From assembly GCA_964234715.1 (NCBI GenBank), contig OZ174276.1: a DNA stretch of 64,000 nt; one strand, written 5' to 3'. This DNA is from Podarcis melisellensis (taxonomy: Eukaryota). The translations under genes were made by a program, and so were the position numbers. Below the pieces are notes generated by a model that had not been told where the DNA came from, did not search any database, and saw only the letters and a program-made list of their open reading frames with translations. This document shows, one piece after another, positions 38,290-51,480 of the stretch; the first letter of the stretch is position 1; each line of letters begins with the position of its first letter.

Positions 38290-40596
38290 GTACATGAAAG
38301 CAACAGAGCTTTCTTTGATCTTCTGCCAAGCAGGGTTCGCCCCATCAGCTGGCTGAAGCAGCCTAACAAGCTCTCAAAACCAGTCCCAACATTATATGTT
38401 GGTTTGCGGCCAATGGGAGACCTTGGAGCAAAAGGACTCTCATTGACTAGCAGATTGGAAATTTATTCCACTGGTTTCAGATGTCCCAGTTATGTTTATG
38501 AAATTGACATGGCTTATTTGACACACTAAACATGTTTATGAAATTATGACATGAACATTTCACGGAGGGGGGCGGGAAGTCATTTTAAAATAATGAGAAA
38601 CAAATTGGATTGTTTTCACTGTTCTGCTGTCACAGGACCATGGCAAGACATTATCGCCACACATTGACAAACTACCGCATATGTATCTCATCATTTGTAT
38701 GTGGTCATTTCAAACCAGCGTCCATTTTGTGTGTGTGTCTGGTTGTTCAAGTGAAAATAGTCCTTACAACCTTGGTCCCCTATTGTAAGAATCCCATAAT
38801 GCATTTACACAGGTTGTTGGTTTTTTGTGAACTAAGCCACATGCAAATTGGTAGGTGCGTGACTCGCTATTTCCGCTCACGCTGTCTGAACTCTGTCTCT
38901 GAATGGCATAGCCATCAGCTTAAACCTGATCCTCCATGGTGCCAGATGTTGTATGTTGCAGACCATTGCAGAATGCTCCGCAATGGCCTTCCATCAATAC
39001 ACAATTCTATTTTCACCACATCCTGCCCTCAATATTGGTTCAGATTTGAGCAGTAGCACAAATCAGAATGATTTTCCACATACCCAAGTGATCAAGTCTG
39101 CTTTCACAAAAACCAAAGAGGTAGAATTCAGCATGAGACAATTCTGCACTGGTATGGTGCCTATGCTTATTCTGGCTAAAACAATTTGGAAGTGGGTGCT
39201 GTTTATGGTGCAGACGTCACAGTTCAAGATAGGAGTCAAAATAGGGTCCAAATAATGCTTTTCATGCAACGTAGACACAGTGTTGGTTCCCGTGAAGGAA
39301 CTGCCCTTTTAATGATGGTTGCAAAGACTGTGCTCCTCAGATTATCAGTAAACTGATTGAGGGCTCTAGTTTTGTGGGCAGCACCTTGTATCACAGTCCT
39401 CCTGAGTCGACTTAGAATAACACGTTGGTTACTTCTATTGTAACTCTGTCTAGGTTAGAAGGAGGATGGAGAGTTCTATGAAATGTAAGAGTCCCTCCCG
39501 AGGCCATACTAGAAGTACTCTAATTTCTGAATCTAATTTCTGAACAGGTGCTGCTGTGCATTTTCAAGCTTTATAAACATGAGGGGTAAAAAACTGAGTT
39601 TTCAAAGAATGAAACCTGAGACTCTTATTATTCTGACAACATTAGCAAATTCCATGCTACTGCGTTTGATTCCTCTGAGCTCCTCTGTTGTTCAATTTGG
39701 GAGGTGATTTTCCCCACTCTCTTTCCTGTAGATCTAGCAGAAATAATTATGGTGTTGAAATTTAATGATCTGATCTTCTCAGACATCTTTTTACTGAAGA
39801 GTATAGTTTTTTACAGGTGTATTAAAAATGAAAGTTGTAATTTGCCCCATTGAATTTGTGGCTTCTCCCTTGACTTTGAATATCGAGAAACGGACCCATT
39901 TGCTGTTGTTTAACTGATATTAAGAACATAACTTTCATCCCTAATATTGGGGGGGGGGGGAATTGAACTTACAGAAATATTTTTGGCAGGATATGTAATG
40001 TGATGGGGAAATATATTTCTAACTAGTACAATAGCCCTTGGAAATGTAGTTGCTTAATCCATGTGATATGATGGACACATGTTTTTTTGTTCCTGTGAAA
40101 AGAGTCTTAAAGATGCCCATTATCACCATCGCTGGCCACTTCTTTGTTTTAGAGAAATGAAGCCTCTCGCACTCATAAACAGTGGAGATAGTGCAAAAGC
40201 AATTTAGTTTAAACATGCATAATATCAATTAGTGTATTGTCATTGTGGAGAGACAGATGAAAAAAGCTGTCTAAATGTCTCTCTTGACAGTCCCTTAAAC
40301 TCTTAAATGACCCCCTTGTATGCTGGAGTACAGCTGACACTGTCCACATGTCCTATTTTGCATAGTTAATACCCAAGAAAGTTGCTACTGTACCTTCCTC
40401 GGCCAGAGGAACAGTTCTCATAATGCTCTTTCTGAAGGTAAAGAGGGATGGAAAGTGGAGAAAACCCCCGGACTCCCCCGTCCTTTACTGGTGCAGAGAG
40501 TGAAGCAAACACCTGCTGTTCAAATTCCTGTGCTGTGCTTCCACTCATAACTCATGGCTTCTACATTCCCATCCTTTCTGTGTGTTCTTTGTCCAG

Positions 40597-40785
40597 GTGG
40601 GAGTTTGCTGCAAAGTTCTGCTCCTGTAAATATCCCTGGGTCCCTTGGAAGTTCTGCCTCCTTTCACTCTGCCTCTCCTTCTCCACCGGTCAGCTTATCA
40701 TCGCATTTCCTCCATCAGCCCCAGGGACACTTAAGCCAATCAGAAAACACATTCCTGGGGACATCAGCTTCTCATGGATCATTAG
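40597..40785 (+). CDS. UNK: UNK coding exon 13 (GGSLLQSSAPVNIPGS...GTSASHGSL)
   Basis: Acceptor tgtccag|, 189 nt, donor G|gtaaat. Confidence 0.95.
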
Positions 40786-43700
40786 GTAAATGCCCAGTGC
40801 GTATGTGAGAGTGTGCATGTGAACATGTACATACCTGTCTATACCATGTAAGTATTTTCCTTTTATCTTAGCTTTCATTTAAATGTCCTCATTTTGTGTT
40901 GCCACCTAACATATCTTGTGCCCAATGCCTATCAGATGAGGAAGAATTCACTAAGCCTAAGGACATCCCAGAAAGAATTTCCCCGCACAAAATAACCAAA
41001 CAACAGATGAGTTAAAATAGTTTGTGATATCCATACAACAAAGAGCAAATGTAGTAAAACACAGTAGGTAAAGTTAAGCAAATTCCAAATGTGTAAGGAT
41101 GACCCAAGAGTTAAATTCACAGAAGGTAGACTTTCTGCAGCTAAGAGAAGGAGGCAGATAGTCTCAACTGTAGCTCAGTAGATGGATGAGCATCTATTAA
41201 CCACAGCAGTAGCGTCTCATCAACAGAGTTGCTGCTGTTTACCAGGAGAGGAAAGGGTAGAGGTGAAGTGGTGAAGTCAGGGCTGTGTGAACACACCAGC
41301 AGGAGCAGTGGTTTGGCCCAACCAATTTGTCTGCACAAACCTTACTACCACCTCACTTCTCCTGGCAAACAGCACTGACTCTGCTGCTCAGAGGCTGCTG
41401 TGGCTCCATCCCACTGGGCAAGACACTCCTGTGTTACAGAGTATCAACAATCATAGAAAAAGGTTCAAATACGTGATACCATTCGCAATTAGCTTCTGAT
41501 GCACTTGGAATAGTTGACTTTATCAGGTTTAGACCTCTTAGTCATACCTGGTGAGTTACAGCTAACAGACATGAGCTCTGAAAATCAGATACTTGCAAGC
41601 CTATCAGAAGCTAAATATTTTATCTCTTCCTAAACAGTTTCCAAAAGACTCCTGGGGTTGTATCCAAAACATTTTCACTTGTACAATGGGACTTCTCCCC
41701 ACCCCCTTTGCTCCCTAAATCTGTTCTAGGGGTTTCCTCAACCCTCCAGAGTAGATTTAGGGAGCAGAGAGACAGGGGACGTCTCATTGCATAAGCAGAA
41801 ATTCTTGCACTGACGGAATGTGTTGGTTGGACGTCAGTCACCCTTGATAGTCAAAGTATAGCAAGGGCTCAGTTTTCCATGTGTAACAGACCTAACTTGA
41901 ATGATGCTCCTTTAAATCATGAAAGCTGTGCAGTGATGGGAGTACCTTTGAGTTTGCTCAGAGTTCCTTCCATTACCATTACACAGCCCTGCAACCAGAT
42001 CTCTCACTGCAAAGATTAGTCAGGCTGGGTTCCAGGAATACTTTCCATTTGCAAGACAATCCACCCCATACTGTCAGTTTAAAGGAACATTTGGCCTGCT
42101 TTAGAACCAGGGGTGGTGTGTTCCTTTTCACCATTTGAGGTGAAACGGGAAGTATCGCTTTGCCCTGCTGCTGCTCTAACCACTACCACCTACTTGCTCC
42201 TGCTGCAGCCATGCGCCTTGCCACATCTGCCTTTGGCAGAAAAGCTGCGCCACCATTGGCACTGAGTTGGGGCAAGATCATGCTCCTTTCAGTGTTGATT
42301 GCATAGAAGCAACAGGGAAGATGGGGTACTTGTGGGCATGCCACCTAGGGGGGCTTCTGCCACCTGAAGCAGCAGCCTCACCTTGACTGGTCCAGCTCTG
42401 TTTAGAACAGTTACATCAAATTTTGCCATGGTAGTAGGAAGGCAAGAGCAGACGCATTCCTTTATTGTTACTTAGAATGTTCCTGGGCTGGATTCTGGCA
42501 TCAAAATCAGGTTCAAAGGTTAAGCATTGGCTCCAGTTAAGAAGACATGATTATACAAATAATCTTTACAACCTGGGGGGTAGCTATAGTATCTATAAAT
42601 GGAAGCACCTCAGAAAATTCAACACTTGGCATTTGCTGAATGTCCTATGGATGGTACAGCATAGAAGTGTGCCTGTCTCTGGTAAAAAGCTTTAAAGTCT
42701 AGGCAGGACACACAGGAGAGAATAAGGTAAATGACAAAGCAGTGTGCAGGAAGTATGTGGGAAGAATTAAGAACTAGGTACTTGTTTTTATGTGTTTAAT
42801 CATGTCTTGTCTATCATCTGTATAACCACCCGCTTGGTGCATTATATTGCAAGTGGTAAATGTGTACATGTTTTATTTTATTTACCCTGCCCTTCAACTA
42901 CTATCAAGAGTAGCTTATAAAGAATTAAAATTAAACTAATTTTACAATAAGCGTCTTGTGCATGTGTAGACTCAATTCAGATCATGGCCTAATTGTAAGC
43001 CAAACCACGGGCATCTGCATTATTGACGCTCATTAGGCTGGCTACCAGTTGAAAATGTGTTCTCAATAAGCAGTTTTGCTATATATTTTTACTCCTGTAT
43101 TAAAATGTATTCCTGCATAAAAATAGCATGCATACATAGAAAACAGTAACACAATAGCAAGCCCAGGGTCTTTAAATAAAGCAAAACATATGACATTTTA
43201 AGAAGCAGAGTTAGCTTTTATAAGTGATAGAGTATTTTTATTGTTTATATCATCTTCTGCAGTAGCATGTGCCCTTGACCTGGTTCCTCTGCTGTGACCT
43301 AATTTATAACACGGCTATGACTGGAATCAGGATGAGCTCACACTAGCCATGCTGCTTAATAAATCAGTGTGGTGAGCAGTGCCTTAGTTCCACAGGAAAA
43401 ACTAAACTGTGGTGGGTAATTCAGTGTGAAGAAGAAAGCTTTAATAAAAACACCTAGAATAGTATTGCAGATATTTTTCTACTGCAGCTTATTCTACCGG
43501 AGCATATTTTTGTAGGAAATACACTTTATTTTATCTTTAACAAAATTTACATGCCATTTGATTGCAGTAAGCCATCTAAGTGGTTTACAAGAATACATAA
43601 TTTGTTATGACAGAATAAGAGCAGCAGTGGTGGTGTGTCGGGTGGGGTGGAGCTGCAAGGGCACACTTCTGGCACCAGTGTTGCTGCCTGAGAGGGGCTG

Positions 43701-44807
43701 GGATAGGTTGAGGCTGTGCAGGCACACCAGCAGGAGCACTCGACTGGCTCTGCTGCTGCCGCCACGCAGCCTGACTTCAGCCTTATCCAAAAGGAGCAGC
43801 TCCACAGCTCCACCCCATCACATGGAGCACTACTGGAGAGCACTCTCTGTTGCTCCACAGACTTTGTGGATCTATTTGCAACCTACCCCTTTGTATGTGT
43901 GAGCTCTGGCAGAAAACAGCAGCAGAAGAAACTGTATCCAATTTATTCCCACCTGGTTTGAGATGGTGAGCCATTTTGCATTATTTGGAGCAGAAAAAGC
44001 AGGTGTAAGACTCAGCTGGGAACCTCAGCCAATCCCTGCCCCTGGTGTTACACAGGTGTTTTTGCAAGCACATGTTCGTTGCACAGTACATTTTTAAGCA
44101 CTCTCATAAAAATGTGAACTGTGCAGTGAGCTTTATTTCCCTTAGTATTAAACTCTGCCTTATTCTAAAAAAATATATAACAAAATCTGAGGGCCACTTG
44201 TTCTGATGTGAAGTGAGCTGGTTCCTCAGATGAACTTCTGAGTAAGATCAGCAAAGGCACAGATTTGGACACTAAAAATGGCTTAGTGCTGGTTTGTACT
44301 GAAGAACCTCACGTGGTTAATAGATCTTAAGTATTGCAATTGTAGATTCTTATACTAAAGTATTCAAATCACATATGGGTTTGGTTTGTTAAAACGGTTC
44401 TAATTCTGATCAAAACAAAATGGTGTAATATTAGAGACAAATCTTTCAAAAGTAGAAGTGTGAATTGCAACAATGTTTGGAATAAGATCTAATTAGATTG
44501 ATTAATGAAGTCACAAGATTAATGGCTAAGGGCTTTTTAAAAACCATCCACACACAGGTTTTGCTGTTTAACCAGGCCTCTGCTTATACTGGCAGCTGCT
44601 AGCATATCTGTTTTAGTTGTGCTGTGGCTAATGTCTCATGTGGAGACCTTCCCTGTGTGGTGCATCTAAGCCTGTATCTCTCTGCACAGCAGCTATAGGT
44701 TAGATGCAGTACAAAGTGCTCAGGAGCACTCTTGGAACCAGCATGCCATGTGTCATATTTTTTAAATGTAGAGAATATTTACCGTGTTGCCATTTCTTCT
44801 CTGTAAG

Positions 44808-44834
44808 CCGGTGTGACAAACAGTAACTCTGCAG
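44808..44834 (+). CDS. UNK: Candidate UNK 27-nt microexon 13b (AGVTNSNSA)
   Basis: Acceptor ttgccatttcttctctgtaag|, 27 nt open in phase 1/1, donor CAG|gtacat. UGC at 44788-44790 and TGCATG at 44982-44987. Confidence 0.55.
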
Positions 44835-44993
44835 GTACATGAATGTCCGTCCCCAGAATCCCCAAATGAATCAATGCCCTGTGAAATATGGAACCATTTC
44901 ATTCCCTTTCCAAAACAGTGCCGGGCAAGGAAAGGGGTAATCCAGGGATATATGTGACGTAACATTTCCCCCCTTCCTGTCTGCATGAAACAG

Positions 44994-45175
44994 GTTTAAA
45001 CGGGATGAACAGCAGCATATGGGAGCACTTTGCTTCTGGAAGTTTTTCACCCAGTACCTCGCCTGCATTTCTGTCGGGTCCAGGTGCTGCTGAGCTGGCC
45101 AGGCTGCGGCAGGAATTGGATGAAGCTAACAGCACAATAAAGCAGTGGGAAGAATCTTGGAAACAAGCCAAACAG
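44994..45175 (+). CDS. UNK: UNK coding exon 14 (GLNGMNSSIWEHFASG...QWEESWKQAKQ)
   Basis: Acceptor aaacag|, 182 nt, donor CAG|gtagcg. Start of the coiled coil. Confidence 0.95.
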
Positions 45176-45820
45176 GTAGCGTCCGCTGGGAGGGGTGAGT
45201 GAGAGTGGTTTGCCAGGATACGAATGGGCAAAAGCATCCACCTAACTGCTGAATAAATAGTTTGAGGGTCCAAAAATAATAGACAAAGTCAGATTTGGTG
45301 TGTGTTTATACTGTAACATAGTTCCTTCACAGCAGACACAGGGGGTTTGTTTGTTTTTCTTTTTTCGCTCTTATCAATGGAGAAACGGATTGATACCTTA
45401 GATATGTTGAGGAGTAGGTTGCAAATTGTAATAGGATTTGAAAATGTTCATGCCAAGATTGCTAGTGTTCCTCTAGGAGTATTGGCTTTTTTCCAGTTGT
45501 ATCTGAGCACACCTTTCCAATTGTTCCAATCTTTTTGATTTATGTATCCCCTGAAAATTGATATGCTCCTCACCTTTTTGCAGTAATGCTCTAATTATTT
45601 TGAGGTTAGTAGCTGTGCACTGAAAGAATGGTAAGCCCCTCCTTCTGCATTCAAGATGCTGTGTAAATGTTCTCCCTCTGGGGATGTACGTTTCCACCCC
45701 GCTCTGGCCAGGTTGGCTAACAAGACTAGGGTGGGTGTGAATATATGTTTTTTGCTAAACTGTTCCCGTAACTAGATTGAGACAGATGGATTGCATTTAG
45801 TAAATTGTTCCTGGAGCTGG

Positions 45821-46418
45821 TGTTAGGCGCTGGAGTCAGGCATAGGTCAGCAATAAAACAATAAAGCACCCGATGCCAGTGAAGTTAATTCTTTATTCAA
45901 AGAAACAAAACAGCTCAGTGATCACAGCAACCCATCCCAGTAGGTCTTGCCCTAATGAGGCAGTTGTGAGGACTGAAGGTCCCTGCCTTCCCAACGCTCT
46001 CTAAGGCTCCTCCTCCAGTTCCTTCCCCAGCAGCCTAAGGCTCTGCCACCTTGTATCTCATTGCTCTGCCCTCTTCATTTCTCTGTGTGGTCTGGGAGAC
46101 CAGCAGGGATGGGAGCTGGTTGCAGTAGGAGAGGAAGACTCCCTGGCTTCTGCAGCCTGCCCCTACTCTGCCTCTTGACCCCACTCTGCTTCTGCCTCTG
46201 CTGCTGGAGTGTTCTCTGCCACAGCCTCTTCCTGCTCACTAAACCCTGTGGCCTCTTCAGCTTCCAACATCTCCTCCTCCTCCCAGTTTGCTCCCGTTTC
46301 TCCCTCTGACCATACATTGTTGTCCCACCACCAATCCCCTGGCTGTGAGCTTTCTTGCCCTGGGGGTTTCCCAGCTGGTGCCACCCACCACTCTTCTGTA
46401 TCCAGCCAGTCCATAACA
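45821..46418 (-). mobile_element. Solo LTR (probably Gypsy-type), antisense in UNK intron 14
   Basis: TGTTA...TAACA termini, 5-bp TSD gctgg (45816-45820 and 46419-46423), AATAAA on the - strand at 45892-45897. Confidence 0.8.
46001..46414 (-). pseudogene. Decayed LTR-encoded ORF (~137 aa; acidic/Trp-rich N-terminus, basic C-terminus)
   Basis: A single frame runs from the ATG at LTR nt 5 to TAG 46003-46001, interrupted by two stops (46165-46163 and 46060-46058). Confidence 0.5.
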
Positions 46419-47139
46419 GCTGGGCAGGCAGGATGCTCCACTTTAAGGCACTTTGGTTTTTTCCTGTTCACATGTCAAAGCCATGTAGCTAAAATAACCT
46501 ATAGAGGAGTTATGGTAAAATGTGGATGCCTGGGCTAGAAAACCTTTGTGTCACTTCTGTGTGTGCGGATTGAAAGGATCTCATTAGCTCAGGGGTGTGT
46601 TCCCAAAAATCTGTCTGGGCAATTATTGTGCCACAAGGAAAGAATGGAAAGAACAGCCCAGAGCTGGAGAAGGCTGCCTTTCAAGCTTTGGGGGAACAAT
46701 TTACTAAAATAATCTATATAAGTACCAACTACGACTACTTTATTTTAACTGCTTTATTATGCGTACAATAATAAAATACCAATTCCTCCCCCATCTCCAC
46801 CAAAATAGATACATGGTACCTTCTTGCCATGTGAATATATTTTTGAGAAGATAAACACTCTAGGATCCAATGTGTGTGCACACCTTTTGCCAGTAATGTG
46901 CCCACAATGTTTGCTTGGGAAATTTGCCATATTTTGTCTCACACTGATTTCAGGAGTTTGTATAGATACAAGAAATCTGCTCCATATACAAAGCTTTAAA
47001 TAGAATGCTGGGGAAACTATTCAAGCTGCGGAGTGAAGCCAAGTGAGGAGATGAGAGAATTCACTTCACATCCTCCTCTCCCACCCCACCCCCACACTGT
47101 TTCCCAAATTACAAATGACTTTTCCTTTGGGATACACAG

Positions 47140-47397
47140 GCCTGTGATGCTTGGAAAAAGGAAGCTGAGGAAGCTAATGATCGTGCCAACACGGCAACCA
47201 TAGAATGTGAGCTGGCCCGGGAGCAGAGGGAGGCCCTGGAGCTGCAAGTGAAGAAACTCCAGGAGGAAGTGGAGAGGATCCACACTGGCCAAGACCCCCA
47301 GTTCCTGCGTTCGCTCTCTGATGTAGAGACCCTCTCCCTCTCCACACTCTATAATCTCCAAAAACAGCTGCGTGCCAACCTGGAAAGAGTTGATAAG
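47140..47397 (+). CDS. UNK: UNK coding exon 15 (ACDAWKKEAEEA...LRANLERVDK; coiled coil)
   Basis: Acceptor tacacag|, 258 nt, donor AAG|gtaggt. Confidence 0.95.
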
Positions 47398-48465
47398 GTA
47401 GGTCTGAGTGAGAAGTCTTGTCCCACAATTAACTTAGCTTCCTTTTTTGAATCCTTAATAAAAGCAGCAACTGTGAAGTTTGCATTTTTAATCCATGGTA
47501 CATTTTGAACCCCATAGACTTGGCAACCATGAAATGTCTCATTCTTTCTCGGATGAGGGGGAGCCGTTTTATACTAGAATGCTCTCAGCTAGCAGGCAAG
47601 GCTTATAACATGATAATAGGAAAGGGCATTTCCCTCTGGATCAGAGTATGGTATGTCTGAAAGCAAATCCCACATTGGGCTCCCATGTAATGACTTGGGC
47701 CTGTAGAATGTGCTGAAATGGCACACACAGACTCCCCGTGTTTCCGGGTGGTTGAAGGAAGATGGAAAGGGATTTTATTTGGTAGTACCTAATTTGACAC
47801 TGCCTTAAAAACATTTACGGTCCCATAGCATTGATCTTGTGGGTGGGAGAGTCAAAATGTCATCTTGTTTCCCCCACAAAACCTATACTGCACAAGAGCT
47901 GCATATACACATTTGCGGGAATGAATTTGCGGGAATGAACACAGACAATTTGGTGGGGAGGGTGGTCCTCTTGCCCACGCATTCCATAGAGCTGCTTTCT
48001 AGGCAAGAGGAGTAACAGCTGTATCCTATGCATCTTGGGTCCTGGCTGCAGCCTAAGCCACTTCCTTCCTTCAGTGACTTAACAGAGCTAGCAGGCTGGA
48101 GGAGTCACTGCCAGGAGTTCGATATATGCCAGGTTCATGAGGCACGGCTGCCATCTATGTCATTTTGTCTGCCCAAAGGCACTCTCAGAACAGGTGACGG
48201 GAAGAGGAGAGAGGGATGTGGGGAGGTAAGCCAGATCAGGCATAGGAAGAGGGAGGCTGTTGCAGAGAGAGAGGCAAAGGACTCCTCTGCCTCTTTTGTA
48301 CTCCAGTTTCTTCCACCGCCCTCCTAAAAATGTCTGTGGGTTCTCCCTTGCCTACTCCTTGTGAATGCCTCTGACCCTTTAACGGCTGCCTCCTGAGTGT
48401 ACCAGGGCTCTGTTCTGTTTTGCTGACAACCCCTTTGGTTTTGCCCCCCGTTTCTTTCTTTCCAG

Positions 48466-48621
48466 GCAGTGTTTCAGATGCAGTCGGTGAAATGCCTCAA
48501 GTGCCAGGAAGAGAACCGGGTGGTACTCCCGTGCCAACACACTGTGCTGTGTGAAACGTGTGCTGAGGAGGGCGAATGCCCCATCTGCCATCCCAACAGG
48601 CCACACACTCTCCAGTCGTGA
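48466..48621 (+). CDS. UNK: UNK coding exon 16 (AVFQMQSVKCLKCQ...PCQH...CETC...CPICHPNRPHTLQS*; RING finger)
   Basis: Acceptor tttccag|, C3HC4 RING pattern, stop TGA 48619-48621. The joined canonical CDS is 2430 nt (809 aa). Confidence 0.97.
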   Translation, partial: AVFQMQSVKCLKCQEENRVVLPCQHTVLCETCAEEGECPICHPNRPHTLQS

Positions 48622-48671
48622 CCCTACTAGGACATTTGGTTTAGCATATCACACATAGAACTTTTTAACTT

Positions 48672-48734
48672 TATATATATATATATATAAATATAATATG
48701 AATATATATATATGAATATATATATATATATATA
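48672..48734. repeat. Interrupted (AT)n tract in proximal UNK 3' UTR
   Basis: Seen directly in the sequence. Confidence 0.9.
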
Positions 48735-48942
48735 CATAAAAACAAAAATTAGTTGCAGAGCACTTTTTAATACTTTGCATCTCCCATTTAAAGGTTCCCC
48801 CACCCACCCAGTCCTGCTAAGTCTAACTCCTTAGGGACTTTTATGGCTGTTTTTATGTAGATCAAAGGGCAGTTTGCAGAGTTTGTTTCCCCTCTCCCCC
48901 CCCTTTCCTATTTAGGATGTAACCCTTTTTTAGTCTTTTCTG

Positions 48943-48948
48943 AATAAA
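48943..48948 (+). terminator. Candidate proximal poly(A) signal of UNK
   Basis: AATAAA about 320 nt after the stop codon. No clear downstream GU/U-rich element. Confidence 0.3.
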
Positions 48949-51480
48949 GATTTAGAGGGAAGGGGAAGAGGGGCTTGCAAGTGCTTTCCAGGGTGAGGAC
49001 TGGATCTGTGGGGAGAAGAGACACGGAAATCAAATTTCTGATCATGTCTTTGTCCTCCTTCTCTTGGCTCTTACTTCATCATCATTTTCATCTTTTTAAA
49101 GCAGCTGACATGCTCTTAGCCTAACAACAAGAGAATCCCCTTTCCAGTTCTTCCCCGTTGAGAGCTTCAGGCATTCAGAACTCTTGTTGGCCTTCAGTAT
49201 GGGTGAGGATCTTTGGATATCTGTTTGAAAAACAAGCATTCGCTTTTTAAAAGTCTTTTTACACACTTGTAGGTTTCTACCAAAGCAACAAAAGGAGCAA
49301 AATTTCAAACAAACCAGTGATGGCAGGCCAGTAGTCACAATAGTTTTACTCAAAAGCATTACTTATCAGTAGAATTTCGTAAAGAGGAAAAGTCAGAGTT
49401 GGTGGTCTGTATTCTCTTGGCAATTAGGATGTGCTTCAGAGCTGTGGGTAATGCAAATGGAAGGCATTCTAGGTCGCAGGTAGAGGTGGAAGTGTGAAAT
49501 GATGAGGACCTGCTTTGGAAAAGCCTGTGTCTTTTCTGGTTGCTTGCTGGAGGTTGGGGCGGGGGTATTCTTCCTAGGCTTTGTTTTCATTGATAATTAA
49601 ATGGAGGTAGATGGAACCTTTTAAACTTTTTTAGTCCGCCTAATACAGGCCTGCATAACTTGTGACCCACCAGTTAGGTAGGGTGGCCCTTTGAGACTAA
49701 ATCAGTTTCCTGTTTTTGTCTGCCTGCCTGGGACTGCAGAAATGGGGTATTGGTCAAGTATCTGGCTAGAGGGTACAATGTTCAGTTGGACTACATTTGG
49801 TCAGCTGATACCGTGTTACTCACCCTAAACCTAATACTTGGTACTTCCTGATGGGTAGAAACAATATGTCTCTTCCGCTGCTGTTCCCATACCACGAATG
49901 GTACTGTTACCAGTGTCGCGGTGTAACATATCCACCCTATAGTTCCTATAGGGTTGGTTTTTTGCTTTGAGTGTTAAGAAAAAATCATTCAGGTTTTTTA
50001 CAGAGCAAGCTCATCTGTTTGCCCTGGACAGCACTTTGTGTTGCTAGCATAGAGTAAGATGTGGTGCACCACCATGAACTTGGGGAATGTAGAATGTGAT
50101 AGAGGAGCGGGGGACATTTTCAGAAGTTAACACTGTGTGTTTCTATCTTGCTGCCAAAAATTTGGAGTTGCATACTGAATTGAAACATGGATTTCCTTCA
50201 GATGTAATTTCTGCAAAGTAATAGCAGAGATATTGTGAGGAAGAAATAATTTTAAATTCACAGCCATGGGACAAACACAGAATTTTGCAAATGTTCAGGG
50301 ACCCCCAATATGAAAATGTTTCCAGTGGCAAGAAATAGATTCACAAAATGCAGAACTGGGAGCAGGCAAACAGAGAATCCAAGATATTGGAATATCCTCT
50401 CTTGAAAGATTAGCTAGCTGCTTAGGTGTCAAGTGGAGTTACGTTCCTAATCCGCTTCACATTCTTCTGATTTATAGTGAATGCCACGAGGCCATACTTA
50501 AAGCGCTGTTCGTAGGCAAGAAAAGATGGGGTTGCCCAGAGTCCACAGTGTTTCACTTCTCAAATACATTCCTTTTCCTTCTGACTAGGGAAACCTTCTC
50601 ACTCTTCTATCTTACTCCTCACTAGTTTAGGTTTCCAGTGAAGCTTGCCTGTCTTCTTTGCAGGAGGATATCGTTGGTTGTGATCCCTGTTTAGCTATAG
50701 ACGATCTGGGGACCCCCAAGGCTTTCTATAGTCTTAGGCTGCGTCTGGGATCAGTTGTGTTTGGTCCATTTGAATTGTGTGCAGTCCAATCTTTGTAGCC
50801 CAGAGGCTTGGGACTGGTCCCCAACAGATGGGAACATTCATCAGGCATGTATGTGATACACTGTTTGCACAGCCCAGAGAGTAATTCTGGAGTTGGTGGG
50901 GGCCTGATCCTCCTGTCCTTCTGCTTTGTCATCAAAAGCACCAAGCCGAAAATGAGAGACGCTCCCATGCAGACGTGCCCTTTCTACTGCTCTGCTCATT
51001 CTTACGAAAGATAATCTAGTTGTTCCTTTGGGTTAGGATCTCTGTTAACTCTGGGCCACCTTAGTGTAGCTGCAAATGCCCTTATTTGTCTGGGTACCTG
51101 CAGTAGACAGCTTCCATGAAGATGGAGGACATTCTCCCAAAACGACCATAAAGCCTGAGTCTATAAATGCATTCCTCCTTAATATTGGGTGTGCCCTTGC
51201 TAGAGAACTACTTAGACCAGAACCATTTGTCATGGACAGCATTGACTACTATTTATATTGCCCATCTCTTACTGGGCACAGTGCATCTAGCCTTGAGGGA
51301 TACATTTCATAGGTTAGGCTTTTTATACAAATAGACAGAAATCTTTTTGGGTCCCAAGCAACCATCAGCTGGATTATCGGAGCAATCATTAATTTATTTC
51401 TTGTGCTTTTGTAGGCCAGAATGAATAAGGTTTCCAAGCTCTTAGCAGTACATAACTACACCTATTAAAAGAGAAACTTA

